A DNA stretch of 64,000 nucleotides from Steroidobacteraceae bacterium (lineage in GTDB: Bacteria; Pseudomonadota; Gammaproteobacteria; Steroidobacterales; Steroidobacteraceae). The position numbers were made by a program, and so were the translations under genes. The notes under the pieces were generated by a model. That model was not told the DNA's origin and did not search any database. It saw only the letters and a list, made by a program, of their open reading frames with translations. How positions within the stretch are numbered: the first letter of the stretch is position 1; every line of letters starts with the position of its first letter. Of this stretch, positions 50,063 to 60,221 are shown piece by piece. Location of the stretch: NCBI GenBank assembly GCA_035534275.1, contig DATLSG010000016.1:9380-73379 (forward strand). The letters are read 5' to 3'.

Positions 50063-53000
50063 GTGAGCACGGACGATCCCGAGCCCGCGCAACTGGACGT
50101 TTTGCGGCGCAGCGAAGCGACGCTGCGCAAGCTGCAGCGCGTCGCCGGCATCGGCAGCTGGGAAGTTGAGCTCGAAAGCGGCCGCATGACCTGGTCCGAG
50201 TCGATGTTCTCGATCTTCGGCGCCGATCCGGCGAGTTTCGCCGGCACCTACGCGGAGTATCGGTCGCGCGTGCATGCGGAGGATGCCGCAAGGGTGCAGG
50301 CCGCGAGTGCCGCCAGCCGCAGCGTCGCCGACGGGGGATTGCTCGATCTCGAGTATCGCATCGTGCGCCCGGACGGCGCGGTGCGCACGGTGCACGAGCA
50401 CGGCGAGGTCACGTTCGATGCGGCCGGCAAGCCGGTCCGCGCGGTCGGCGTGGTGCTCGACGTCACCGAACGCCGATTGACCGAAGCCGAACTGACGCGC
50501 ACGAGCCGGGCGTTGCAAATGTTGAGCCGCTGCAACGAAGCGGTCATCCGCGCGCAGGACGAGCGGACGCTGCTGGACGAGGTTTGCCGCGTCGCGGTCG
50601 ACGTGGGCGGCTATCGGATGGCGAGCGTGCTGTTCGCGCAGGACGACACCGCACGGACATTTCGACCGGTGGCGCACGCCGGCCACGAAGCGAATTATTT
50701 TGCCGGGATCACGCTGTCGTGGGCGGCCGAACGAGCCGATGGCAACGGCCCGGCGGGCCGCGCGATGCGCAGCGCGCGCGCCGTCATGGTCGCCGATCTG
50801 GCCGCGGATCCGGACTGTGCGCCGTGGGCGCAGGCGGCGCTCGAGCGCGGCTACCGCAGCGTGGTCGCGCTGCCGCTGAAATCGGCCGATCGTCCGTTCG
50901 GCGTCTTCGGCCTGTACAGCGGCGAAGTCCGCAGCATTGCGCCCCGGGAGGTGGCGCTGCTGCACGAGCTCGCCGACGATCTTGCCTTTGGCATCGCCGG
51001 CCTGCGCGTCAAGGCCGAGCGGCAGTTGTTGCTCGAAACGGCGATGGCGATTTCCGAACGCGCCTCGGGCAGCATCGGCGCCGCCCATTTCGAGAAGCTG
51101 TTGCAGGCGTTGCTGCTCGGCCTGGGCGCGGACGCCGGATTCATCGCCGGCTTGTCCACGGAGGGCGCCTCGCAGATGGAGGCGATTTGCGCGGTGATCG
51201 GCGGCGAGGTCGTTCCGCGCTTTCGTTACGCGGTGGCGGCTACGCCGTGCGAGGACATCCGCGGTCATGAGGAACTGGTCATCGAACGTGACGTCTGTGT
51301 TGCGTATCCGCGCGCCGCGTCGCTCGCAAAACTGCAAGCCCAGGCGTACGTCGGCAAGAATCTGCTCGATGCGGACGGGGAGCGCATCGGCACGATGTTC
51401 ATTTTGTATCGCAAGCCGCTGGCGCAGCGTACGCTCGCCGTGGCGATGTTGCGGATGTTCGCCGCGCGGGTCGCGGCCGAGATCGTCCGCCAGCGCGACG
51501 AGTCCCGGTTGCGCGACCAGGTCTTGCTGCTCGATCAGGCACGGGATGCGATCTTCGTGCGCACGCTCGATGACCGGATCACCTATTGGAATCAGGGTGC
51601 GCAGCGATTGTATGGCTGGATGGCGTCCGAGGTCCTCGGCCGTTCGGTCCGCGATCTCAAGGTCGCCGACCTGCCGCAATTTCTCGAGGCGACGCAATGC
51701 CTGCAACGCGACGGCGAGTGGTTCGGCGAGCTCGAGGAGCGCACCAAGGACGACCGCCGGGTCGTCGTCGAGTGCCGTTGGAGCCTGCTGCAGGGCGATG
51801 GCGGCGCGCCGCTGCGAGTCTTGGCGATCAATACCGACATCACCGAGCGCAAAAGGACCGAGAAGCGCCTGGCGGAGAGCGAGGTACGGGCGGCGCACGC
51901 ACAGAGGATGGAGTCGATCGGCCAGTTGACGGGCGGCATCGCCCACGACTTCAACAATCTGCTGACGGTGATCATCGGCAATTCGGCCGAGCTCAGCGAG
52001 GAGTTGCGCGAACGGCCGCGGCTCGCCGAGATGGCGCACATGGTGGCTACGGCCGGGCAACGCGCCGCGGAATTGACCAATCGACTGCTCGCGTTCGCCC
52101 GTCGCCAGGCGCTCGAGCCGAAACGCATCGAACCGCCCGGGGTCATCGAGGGCATGCTGGCCATGCTGCGAAGGACGCTCGGCGAGAACATCGAGATCAA
52201 AGCAATCACGCATCCGGCGACGTGGCCCGTGTACATCGATCCGGGGCAGCTGGAGCTCGCGATCTTGAACCTGTGCATCAATGCGCGGGACGCGATGCCG
52301 GAAGGCGGCAAGTTGATGATCGAGACGGCGAACCTCACGCTCGATCAAGAGTACGCGGCGGCCGATTTCGAGGTGACGCCCGGCGAGTACGTGATGGTCG
52401 CGATCACGGATACCGGCGGCGGAATACCGCCCGGGCAACTCGCGCGGGTCTTCGATCCGTTCTTCACCACCAAACCGAGCGGCAAGGGCACCGGCCTCGG
52501 CTTGAGCATGGTGTATGGCTTCACCAAACAATCCGGCGGCAGCGTGCGAATCTATTCCGAAGTGGCGGTCGGCACCACCGTCAAGCTGTATTTGCCGCGC
52601 CTGCGCGCCGAAGCGGCGGCAGCCTGCCCGCGCGGTCCGAGCCCGCCGCAGCCCGAACCGCGCGGTTCCGCGATCATTCTGCTGGTCGAGGACGATGCAC
52701 TGGTCCGAAGCCACGCGGCGCGCCTGCTCGAGGACCTCGGCTACCGCGTGATCGCCGCGGCCGACGGCCCGGAGGCGCTCGCGATCGCCGGCGGCGACCG
52801 GCGGATCGACCTGTTGTTCACCGACGTCATGATGCCCGGTGGAATGAACGGCCCGCAGCTCGCCGAGGCGGTGGGGCGCCTTCGTCCGAACATCGCGGTG
52901 CTATACACCTCGGGCTACACGGAGAACGCGGTCGTCCACCACCGGCGTGTCGACGCCGGCAGGCCGCTCCTGCACAAGCCCTACGATCGTCGCGCGCTCG

Positions 53001-53080
53001 CCGAGAAGATCCGGCATGCGCTGCTGGGGCGGGACATTCTTGACGCCGCACCGCCCCGCCCCGGTGAGCCGACCGGCTGA
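50063..53080 (+). CDS. hybrid sensor histidine kinase (PAS-GAF-GAF-PAS-HisKA-HATPase-REC)
   Basis: 1005 aa with a GTG start. H-box GGIAHDFNNLLTVI. G-boxes DTGGGI and GTGLGLSMVYG. Receiver domain ILLVEDD...DLLFTDVMMPG. Confidence 0.9.
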   Translation: MSTDDPEPAQLDVLRRSEATLRKLQRVAGIGSWEVELESGRMTWSESMFSIFGADPASFAGTYAEYRSRVHAEDAARVQAASAASRSVADGGLLDLEYRIVRPDGAVRTVHEHGEVTFDAAGKPVRAVGVVLDVTERRLTEAELTRTSRALQMLSRCNEAVIRAQDERTLLDEVCRVAVDVGGYRMASVLFAQDDTARTFRPVAHAGHEANYFAGITLSWAAERADGNGPAGRAMRSARAVMVADLAADPDCAPWAQAALERGYRSVVALPLKSADRPFGVFGLYSGEVRSIAPREVALLHELADDLAFGIAGLRVKAERQLLLETAMAISERASGSIGAAHFEKLLQALLLGLGADAGFIAGLSTEGASQMEAICAVIGGEVVPRFRYAVAATPCEDIRGHEELVIERDVCVAYPRAASLAKLQAQAYVGKNLLDADGERIGTMFILYRKPLAQRTLAVAMLRMFAARVAAEIVRQRDESRLRDQVLLLDQARDAIFVRTLDDRITYWNQGAQRLYGWMASEVLGRSVRDLKVADLPQFLEATQCLQRDGEWFGELEERTKDDRRVVVECRWSLLQGDGGAPLRVLAINTDITERKRTEKRLAESEVRAAHAQRMESIGQLTGGIAHDFNNLLTVIIGNSAELSEELRERPRLAEMAHMVATAGQRAAELTNRLLAFARRQALEPKRIEPPGVIEGMLAMLRRTLGENIEIKAITHPATWPVYIDPGQLELAILNLCINARDAMPEGGKLMIETANLTLDQEYAAADFEVTPGEYVMVAITDTGGGIPPGQLARVFDPFFTTKPSGKGTGLGLSMVYGFTKQSGGSVRIYSEVAVGTTVKLYLPRLRAEAAAACPRGPSPPQPEPRGSAIILLVEDDALVRSHAARLLEDLGYRVIAAADGPEALAIAGGDRRIDLLFTDVMMPGGMNGPQLAEAVGRLRPNIAVLYTSGYTENAVVHHRRVDAGRPLLHKPYDRRALAEKIRHALLGRDILDAAPPRPGEPTG

Positions 53081-53148
53081 CGGGCGCTGTGCGGCGCAAG
53101 CGCCGATCCGCGGCACCGCGCGGCGGCCGGCAGGCCGCCGAGTCTCGC

Positions 53149-53523
53149 TCACACGGCAGATTCGACCGGCGTGTCGACGGCGCCGCCGAACTCGGCCCAA
53201 TCCTTGAACGCACCCAAGTTGTAGACCCGCTCGTAGCCCAGGTCTTTGAGCGCCTTGCCGCTGAGCGCCGCGCGGCCGCCGGAGGCACAATAGACGATGA
53301 GCGCCTTGTCCTTGGCAAAATTCTTGTCGTGGTACGGCGACTCGGGATCGGCGCGAAATTCCAGCATGCCGCGCGAGACGTGTATGGCGCCCGCGGCCTT
53401 GCCGCTCTGCGCGATTTCCGGCGCGTCGCGCACATCGATCAGCAGGACATTGCCCCGGGCGATCATCGCCTGCGCCTGCGCCGGCGTGATCCGCGGCACC
53501 GCGGCGTTTGCGGCCTCCATCAT
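53149..53523 (-). CDS. rhodanese-like domain protein
   Basis: About 124 aa from the ATG at 53523. Contains LLIDVRDAPE... and the active-site loop VYCASGGRAA. Confidence 0.8.
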   Translation of the reverse strand: MMEAANAAVPRITPAQAQAMIARGNVLLIDVRDAPEIAQSGKAAGAIHVSRGMLEFRADPESPYHDKNFAKDKALIVYCASGGRAALSGKALKDLGYERVYNLGAFKDWAEFGGAVDTPVESAV

Positions 53524-53723
53524 CTGCTTGACGCTCGTGACCACATCGTCCTCCGCGCAATGACTTGCGCTTGCCCGGGACCGGCGCGAAATCCGCAGCC
53601 CATCAGGCGGTCCATGATAAGGCAAATTCGCGAGTGGTGGGGCCCAGAGCGCCCCAGCCCCCAACACGAGCGGTTACCGGTTACACTGTCGCGCGGTCCA
53701 CCGGGAGACAGGCGTATGGCGTC

Positions 53724-54605
53724 GTGTCGCTGAGGTCGCGCAAGGCGCGCCGCGTCCGCGTCGAGGTCGGCGGGCGTCAATTCACCAAGGTCGGTGTTCG
53801 TCCGCGCGACTGGCGTGATGCCTACCATTTGGTGCTGGGCCTGAATTGGCCGGTCTTTTTCCTGATCGTCGTCACGCTGTTCGTGCTGACGAACCTGTTG
53901 TTCGCGTGGATTTACCTGCTGCAGCCGGGAGCGGTCGCGCATGCGCACGGCTTCGTCGACGAATTCTTCTTCAGCATCGAAACGCTGTCGACCGTTGGTT
54001 ACGGCGAAATGTACCCGCTCACCCTGTTCGCGCAGGCCGTCGCCTCGGTCGAGATCGTCGTCGGTTTGATCGGTGTCGCCACCATGACCGGCCTCGTGTT
54101 CGTGCGGTTCTCGCGGCCGCGTGCGCGCATCTTGTTCAGCAAGTTCGCCGTGATCGGCCGCTTCAACGGCGTACCGACGCTGATGGTGCGCATGGCCAAT
54201 GAGCGGCACAACATGATCCTCGAGGCCGACGTCCGGCTGACCTTGATCAGGCTCGAGACGACCGCCGAAGGCGCTGCGTTCCGGCGTCAACACGACCTGC
54301 GCCTGGACCGGCACCACTCGGCGGCATTCGCGCTCAGCTGGACCGTGATGCATCCGATCGATGCGAGGAGCCCGCTTGACGGCGTCACGGCCGAGGCGCT
54401 GGCGCGCTCGCAGGCGTTCCTGACGGTTTCAGTCAGCGGCCTCGACGACATCCTCGATCAGACCGTGCACGCACGCGGCGTCTACACACCGGATCAAGTC
54501 CTCTTCGGCAAGCGTTACGTCGACATCCTCGTGCCGCAGGAAGGCCACACGATCCTTGATCTGACGCGATTCCACGAGACAGAGGCGGATCACGATGGAC
54601 ATTGA
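53724..54605 (+). CDS. inward-rectifier-type K+ channel (KirBac family)
   Basis: WRDAYHLVLGLNWPVFF..., selectivity filter SIETLSTVGYGE, GLVFVRFSRPRARILFS, and an Ig-like cytoplasmic domain. It aligns along its length with KirBac1.1 as I recall it. Start is uncertain (GTG at 53724; the ORF is open from 53565). Confidence 0.85.
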   Translation: MSLRSRKARRVRVEVGGRQFTKVGVRPRDWRDAYHLVLGLNWPVFFLIVVTLFVLTNLLFAWIYLLQPGAVAHAHGFVDEFFFSIETLSTVGYGEMYPLTLFAQAVASVEIVVGLIGVATMTGLVFVRFSRPRARILFSKFAVIGRFNGVPTLMVRMANERHNMILEADVRLTLIRLETTAEGAAFRRQHDLRLDRHHSAAFALSWTVMHPIDARSPLDGVTAEALARSQAFLTVSVSGLDDILDQTVHARGVYTPDQVLFGKRYVDILVPQEGHTILDLTRFHETEADHDGH

Positions 54606-54626
54606 GGCGCGGCGCCGCGGCCGCCG

Positions 54627-56096
54627 CTAGTCCTCGCCCATTGCAACAAAGAATGCCGCCGTGTCCGCGAGGCGCTGCGCGCGCGCGCCGATCAGCCCGA
54701 TACGCGCCTGCTGCGCGAGTTGCTCCGCCGCGAGCACCTGCAGGTAGCTCGCGCTGCCGAGGCGGTATTGCTGTGCGACGAGGCGCCAGGAAGCGGCGGC
54801 CGCGCCGTCGGCGGCGCTCTGTGCGCGCAGACCCCGGGCATCTTGATCGAGCGCCCGCAGCACGTCGGCCACGTTGCGCAGGGCTTGCAACACGGTCTCG
54901 CGATAGTCGGCCGCGGCGGCATCGACGCTCGACTCGGCGGCCCGTGCAGCCGGCCGCAGACCGGCGTTGAACAGGGGTTGCGCGAGCTGGCCGGCCACGT
55001 TCCAGATGAGCGAGCCGGGGCCGAACAGCGCGGCCGTCGTCAGGGCCTCGCTGCCGAGGCTCGCGCTCAGCGTGATCTGCGGATAAAGATCTGCGACCGC
55101 CACGTCGTAATTCGCGGTCGCGGCGTGCAACAGCGCTTCGGCGGCGCGAACGTCCGGCCGCCGGCGCGTCAGCACGGCCGGCACCCGCAGCGGCAGATCC
55201 GCCGGTAGTGTGAAATCCGTGAGGCGAAACTGCGGCAGCGCGCCGTCCGCCGGCGCGCGGCCGGCGAGCAGCGCAAGCAGATGCCGCGTCTGCGCGAGGC
55301 GGACACGCAAGGGCGCGAGACTTGCGCGGGTCTGGTCCGCCTGGCTCTGCAGGCTCAGCAGATCGAGTGTTGCGCTCGTGCCGAGCGCGATCCGCCGCCG
55401 CGTCATCGTCACCTGCGCCGACTGTGCCGCGAGTATCCGTCGTGTCGCCCCGAGCTGTGCGCGCAGCTGTGCCTCGGTGATCGCCGCGGTGACGATGTCG
55501 GCGGCGAGCGTCAGGCGCGCGCCGCGAAACGCGTACCGTTGATAGTCGACCTGTGCGGCGAGCGATTCGAGCGCGCGCCGTTGCCGCCCGAACAAGTCGA
55601 AGTTGTAGCCGACATCGGCGCCGACGTCGTAGACGTTGAACGTGCGCGCGCTGCCAGGAAAGCCCATCAGCGCCGGGTTGATCGTCTGTCGCTCGGCGCC
55701 CGCCTTGGCGGCGACCTGCGGGTAGCGGCTCGCGCCGGACTGCGCGGCGAGCGTTTGTGCCGCGCGCCGCAGATTCGCGCGCGCGCCCGTGAGCGTCGCG
55801 TTCGATACGAGCGCGCGGCCGATCATCGCGTCGAGCTTGGCCGAGCCGAAGCGGCGCCACCAGGCGTGGTCGGCGCGTCCGCCGCTCTTCAGGCGTTGCG
55901 ACGCGCCGAACGCTCCCGGCGCCGAGCGGGTTTGCACCGGCTGCGCCATCGCGGTGTAACGCACGACCGAGGGCGGCGGCGGCGGTTTGAAATCTGGACC
56001 GGCGGCGCAGGCGCTCAACAGGGCGACGCTCGCCGCGAGCGCAGCCGGACGCGCCGCGCGCCCGCAAGCCGATGCACCGGGCCATGCGTTTCGCAT
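54627..56096 (-). CDS. efflux outer-membrane lipoprotein, NodT family
   Basis: 489 aa with lipobox LLSAC. The two-repeat OMF architecture is Leu/Ala/Gln-rich. Confidence 0.85.
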   Translation of the reverse strand: MRNAWPGASACGRAARPAALAASVALLSACAAGPDFKPPPPPSVVRYTAMAQPVQTRSAPGAFGASQRLKSGGRADHAWWRRFGSAKLDAMIGRALVSNATLTGARANLRRAAQTLAAQSGASRYPQVAAKAGAERQTINPALMGFPGSARTFNVYDVGADVGYNFDLFGRQRRALESLAAQVDYQRYAFRGARLTLAADIVTAAITEAQLRAQLGATRRILAAQSAQVTMTRRRIALGTSATLDLLSLQSQADQTRASLAPLRVRLAQTRHLLALLAGRAPADGALPQFRLTDFTLPADLPLRVPAVLTRRRPDVRAAEALLHAATANYDVAVADLYPQITLSASLGSEALTTAALFGPGSLIWNVAGQLAQPLFNAGLRPAARAAESSVDAAAADYRETVLQALRNVADVLRALDQDARGLRAQSAADGAAAASWRLVAQQYRLGSASYLQVLAAEQLAQQARIGLIGARAQRLADTAAFFVAMGED

Positions 56097-56193
56097 AAAG
56101 AAACCCTATGATAGCCAATCGATCGAGTGTCCGGCGCGCTCAATATGGCCGCAGGTACCCTGGTGCCGACGATTGCTTGCGGGTGCATCGCTG

Positions 56194-57192
56194 ATGAGTT
56201 CGCGCAAACGCTTGGTTTTGTTCGTGTTGATTGGCGTTCTCATCGCGCTCGCCGCGCTGGTCTGGCTGTGGCCACCCGCTCACCGCTGGGTGTTCGGACC
56301 GGCCGTCCCGGCGAACCGGCTCGAGGTGTCCGGCAATATCGAGGCACACGAGAGCGTGCTCAGCTTCACGAACGTCCAGGGGACGATCACCGCCCTGCCG
56401 TTCGACGAGGGTCGGCGCGTCGCCGCCGGCACCGTGCTCGCGCGCCTCGACGACCGCGTGTACCGGCAACAACTCGCGATCGATGCGGCCGCCCAGACGG
56501 CGGCCGATCGCCAGGTCGGCGTCAACCGCAGCGCGCTCGCCGCGGCCCGCAGTACCGTCGCGAGCGACCGCCTGGATCTCGCCGAGAAGCGACGCGACCG
56601 GGCGCGCGATGCCGCACAATCCCGGCTCGGCGCCGTCTCGCGGCAGACCTACGACCTCGCGGCCACGGCGGCAGGCCAGGCGGCCGCGGCCTCGGCGCGG
56701 GACGTGGCGCTGGTCAACGTCGATGCGGCCGGCGTTGCGCTCGCCCGGGCCAATCTGCAAACCGCGCGGGCACGCGTCGCGCTCGACCGCCTGACGCTCG
56801 GCTACGCGACGCTGACGGCGCCGTTCGCCGGCGTTCTCACGGTTCGCCAGGCCGAACTCGGCGAGCTGGCGGGGCCTGGTGTCGCGATCTTCACGCTCGC
56901 CGACCTCGATCACGTTTGGCTGCGCGCCTACGTGAACGAACCCGATATCGGCAAGCTGCGCCTCGGCGAGCGCGTCGCGGTGAGCACCGACGCCTACCCG
57001 GGTCATCATTATGCCGGCCGCATCGGCTTCATCGCCGCGACCGCCGAGTTCACTCCGAAGACCGTCGAGACGCATGCCGAGCGCGTGACGCTGGTGTACC
57101 GAATCCGGATCGAGATCGACAACCCGACCCATGAGCTGCTGCCGGGCATGCCGGCGGACGCGTCGATCGACCTGCTGCCGGCACGCCGATGA
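56194..57192 (+). CDS. HlyD-family membrane fusion protein (YbhG-like)
   Basis: 332 aa from the ATG at 56194. N-terminal TM segment, coiled-coil region and barrel-sandwich motifs (LTAPFAGVL). Confidence 0.85.
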   Translation: MSSRKRLVLFVLIGVLIALAALVWLWPPAHRWVFGPAVPANRLEVSGNIEAHESVLSFTNVQGTITALPFDEGRRVAAGTVLARLDDRVYRQQLAIDAAAQTAADRQVGVNRSALAAARSTVASDRLDLAEKRRDRARDAAQSRLGAVSRQTYDLAATAAGQAAAASARDVALVNVDAAGVALARANLQTARARVALDRLTLGYATLTAPFAGVLTVRQAELGELAGPGVAIFTLADLDHVWLRAYVNEPDIGKLRLGERVAVSTDAYPGHHYAGRIGFIAATAEFTPKTVETHAERVTLVYRIRIEIDNPTHELLPGMPADASIDLLPARR

Positions 57193-58130
57193 GCGTCGAC
57201 ACCGGCGAGCCTGCGGTGAGCGTGCAGGCGCTCGGCAAGCGCTTCGGCGCCGTGCGGGCGGTGCATGAGGTCGCGTTCACGGTCGCACGCGGCGAGATCT
57301 TCGGCCTCGTCGGCCCGGACGGCGCCGGCAAGACGACGACGATGCGCATGCTCGCCGGCGTGCTGCGCGCCGACTCGGGCCAGATCAGGGTCGATGGCGT
57401 CGACGTTTTGGCCGATCCCGAGCGGGCAAAACGCCATCTGAGCTACATGCCGCAGCGTTTCGGCCTGTACGAGGACCTCAGCGTCGCCGAGAACATCTTC
57501 TTCTACGCCGAGCTGTTCGGCGTGCCTCGGGCGCAGCGCATCAGCCGCAGCAGCGAGCTGTTGCGCGCCGCGGGCCTCGCCGGTTTCGAACGCCGGCTCG
57601 CCGGCCAGCTGTCGGGCGGCATGAAACAGAAGCTCGGGCTGGTGTGCGCGCTGATCCATACCCCGCGGGTGCTGTTGCTCGATGAACCGACGACCGGCGT
57701 CGATCCGGTGTCGCGCCGCGACTTTTGGGCGATCCTGTACGAGCTGCGCGAAACCGGCGTGTCGATCGTGATGGCGACGGCCTATATGGACGAGGCGGAA
57801 CGGTGCTCGCGTCTCGCATTGTTCAACGCCGGCGAGGTCAGTCATTGCGACACGCCTGCGCGGCTGAAGGCGGCGATGCCCGGCGCGCTGGTCTCGATCA
57901 CGACGGCCGCACCCGGCGCCCTGCGCGGCGTGCTCGCCGGGATGCCCGGCGTGCTGGGCGTGCTGCTGATGGGCGATCGGCTGCACGTGCGCGTCGACGA
58001 CGCCCCGCGCCGCTTGCCCGAGTTGCGCGCGGCGCTCGGCGCGCGCGGCCTGACGCAGGCGCGCGTCGAGACGATCGAGCCGGGAATCGAGGATGTCTTC
58101 GTCGCGTTGCTCGGCGCAACCGCCGCATGA
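57189..58130 (+). CDS. ABC transporter ATP-binding protein
   Basis: Walker A GPDGAGKTT, signature LSGGMKQKL and Walker B LLLDEPT. The start overlaps the upstream stop. Confidence 0.92.
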   Translation: MSVDTGEPAVSVQALGKRFGAVRAVHEVAFTVARGEIFGLVGPDGAGKTTTMRMLAGVLRADSGQIRVDGVDVLADPERAKRHLSYMPQRFGLYEDLSVAENIFFYAELFGVPRAQRISRSSELLRAAGLAGFERRLAGQLSGGMKQKLGLVCALIHTPRVLLLDEPTTGVDPVSRRDFWAILYELRETGVSIVMATAYMDEAERCSRLALFNAGEVSHCDTPARLKAAMPGALVSITTAAPGALRGVLAGMPGVLGVLLMGDRLHVRVDDAPRRLPELRAALGARGLTQARVETIEPGIEDVFVALLGATAA

Positions 58131-59083
58131 ACCCGGCGACCGAGCCGGCGGTCGCCGCGCGCGGCCTGAGCAAGCGCTTCGGCGCATTCGTCGCGGTGGA
58201 CCATCTCGATCTGGCCATCGGCCGCGGTGAGGTGATGGGCTTCATCGGTCCGAACGGCGCCGGCAAGTCGACGACCATCCGCATGTTCTGCGGACTGCTT
58301 GCGCCGAGCGCGGGCAGCGCGTCGGTCGCCGGCTTCGACGTCGGCACACAGTCGCAGCGGGTCCGCGAGCACATCGGCTACATGTCGCAGAAGTTCTCGT
58401 TGTACGGCGATCTGACGGTACGGGAGAACCTGCGCTTCTTCGGCGGCATCTACCGCGTACCGTCCCGCGAGTTCGCCGAGCGCACGGCGTTCGCGATGCG
58501 CATGGCCGGACTCGAGGGGCGCGAGGATGCGCTGGTCGCGACGCTCGCCGGCGGCTGGAAGCAGCGCCTCGCACTCGGCTGCGCGATCCTGCACCGGCCG
58601 CCGGTGCTGTTCCTCGACGAGCCGACCTCGGGCGTCGAGCCGCAGGCGCGGCGCCAGTTCTGGGATTTGATCCACGAGCTCGCGGCGGACGGCGTCACGA
58701 TCCTCGTGTCCACGCATTACATGGACGAAGCGGAGTACTGCAACCGGATCGCGCTGATCGACCGGGGCCGCCTGATCGCCGTCGGCAGTCCGACCGAACT
58801 GCGCGCCCATGGCCTCGGCGGCGAACTCGTCGAGGTCGCCTGCGAGCCGCTCGGCGCCGCGATCAAGGCGCTGGCCGGCGCGCCGGGGGTGATCGATGCC
58901 GCGATATTCGGCGACCGGCTGCACGTCGTTCTCGCGGCCGACGGCCCCGGTATCGGCGGACTGCCGGGTCTGCTGCAGGCTCGCGGAGTGCGCGGCGGCG
59001 CGATTCGATCGGTGGCGCCCAGCCTCGAGGACGTGTTCGTCCGGTTGGTCAGCCGAGGCGCGGACGCGAGGGGTGCCGCGTGA
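58127..59083 (+). CDS. ABC transporter ATP-binding protein (second ATPase)
   Basis: ATG at 58127 overlaps the previous stop (ATGA). Contains GPNGAGKSTT, LAGGWKQRL and LFLDEPTSG. Confidence 0.92.
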   Translation: MNPATEPAVAARGLSKRFGAFVAVDHLDLAIGRGEVMGFIGPNGAGKSTTIRMFCGLLAPSAGSASVAGFDVGTQSQRVREHIGYMSQKFSLYGDLTVRENLRFFGGIYRVPSREFAERTAFAMRMAGLEGREDALVATLAGGWKQRLALGCAILHRPPVLFLDEPTSGVEPQARRQFWDLIHELAADGVTILVSTHYMDEAEYCNRIALIDRGRLIAVGSPTELRAHGLGGELVEVACEPLGAAIKALAGAPGVIDAAIFGDRLHVVLAADGPGIGGLPGLLQARGVRGGAIRSVAPSLEDVFVRLVSRGADARGAA

Positions 59084-60216
59084 ACGGCCGCCGGCTGCTC
59101 GCGATGGCCTACAAGGAGGCGTTGCAGATCTGGCGCGATCCGCGCAGCCTCGCGATCGCGCTGATCATGCCGCTCATGCAGATGGGTCTTCTGGGCTACG
59201 GCGTGAGCTTGGACATCAAGCACGTGCCCCTGTGCCTGTACGATCAGGAGAACTCGCAACAAAGCCGGGCGATCGACAGCCGCCTGGTGGCGGGCGGCTG
59301 GTTCACGGTCGTGGCGAGGCTCGACAGCCAGGCGGCGATTCGCGGGGCGATGGACCGGGGCGAGTGCATCGCGGCGGTCGTCATCCCCGTGGACTTCTCG
59401 CGGAAGCTGGCGACGACCGGCACCGCGTCGCTGCAGGCGGTGTTCGACGCGACCGACGTCAACACGACCAACATCGCGCTCGGCTACCTGCAGGGCGTGG
59501 TCGCCGAGCTCAATGCCCGCCTCGAGTCGCAATGGGCCGCCGCACACGGCACGCGCGTCTCGCTGCTCGGCGAAGTCGATGCCCGCGCGAGCACCTGGTT
59601 CAACGAGACCCTCGACAGCCGCAATTTCATCATTCCGGGCGTCGTCGCCGTGATCCTCGCGCTGGTCGGCGCGCAACTCACCTCGCTGACGGTGTCGCGC
59701 GAGTGGGAGCGCGGCACGATGGAGCAGTTGATCTCCACCCCGGTGAGCGCGCTCGAGGTGATGCTCGGCAAACTGATCCCGTATTTTGTGATCGGCATGG
59801 TGGACGCGGCGATGTGCCTGAGCCTCGCCGTGTTCTGGTTCGACGTGCCGTTTCGCGGCGACCTCGCGTTGCTGCTCGCGTCCACCGCGCTGTTCAGCCT
59901 GGTAATCCTCGGCATCGGCTATTTGATCTCGGTGCGCATCCGCAGTCAGCTCGGCGCGAGCCAGGTCGCGTTGCTCGTGACCATGTTGCCGACCACGCTG
60001 CTCTCGGGCTACACCTTTCCGATCGATCAAATGCCGGCGCCGATCCAGGCGCTGACCTTGATCGTCTATCCACGCTACTTCGTGACGATCCTGCGCGGGA
60101 TCTTCCTCAAGGGCAGCGGCGTCGTCGATCTGTGGCCGTCGCTCGCGGGACTCGCGATCTTCGCGCTGCTCATCGTCTGGTTCGCGGCGCGCGCCTTTCG
60201 CAAGAGCTTGGACTGA
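59080..60216 (+). CDS. ABC-2 type transporter permease (YbhS/YbhR-like)
   Basis: 378 aa. N-terminal KEALQIWRDPRS, a large periplasmic loop and then 5 TM segments. Confidence 0.88.
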   Translation: MNGRRLLAMAYKEALQIWRDPRSLAIALIMPLMQMGLLGYGVSLDIKHVPLCLYDQENSQQSRAIDSRLVAGGWFTVVARLDSQAAIRGAMDRGECIAAVVIPVDFSRKLATTGTASLQAVFDATDVNTTNIALGYLQGVVAELNARLESQWAAAHGTRVSLLGEVDARASTWFNETLDSRNFIIPGVVAVILALVGAQLTSLTVSREWERGTMEQLISTPVSALEVMLGKLIPYFVIGMVDAAMCLSLAVFWFDVPFRGDLALLLASTALFSLVILGIGYLISVRIRSQLGASQVALLVTMLPTTLLSGYTFPIDQMPAPIQALTLIVYPRYFVTILRGIFLKGSGVVDLWPSLAGLAIFALLIVWFAARAFRKSLD

Positions 60217-60221
60217 ATCGC

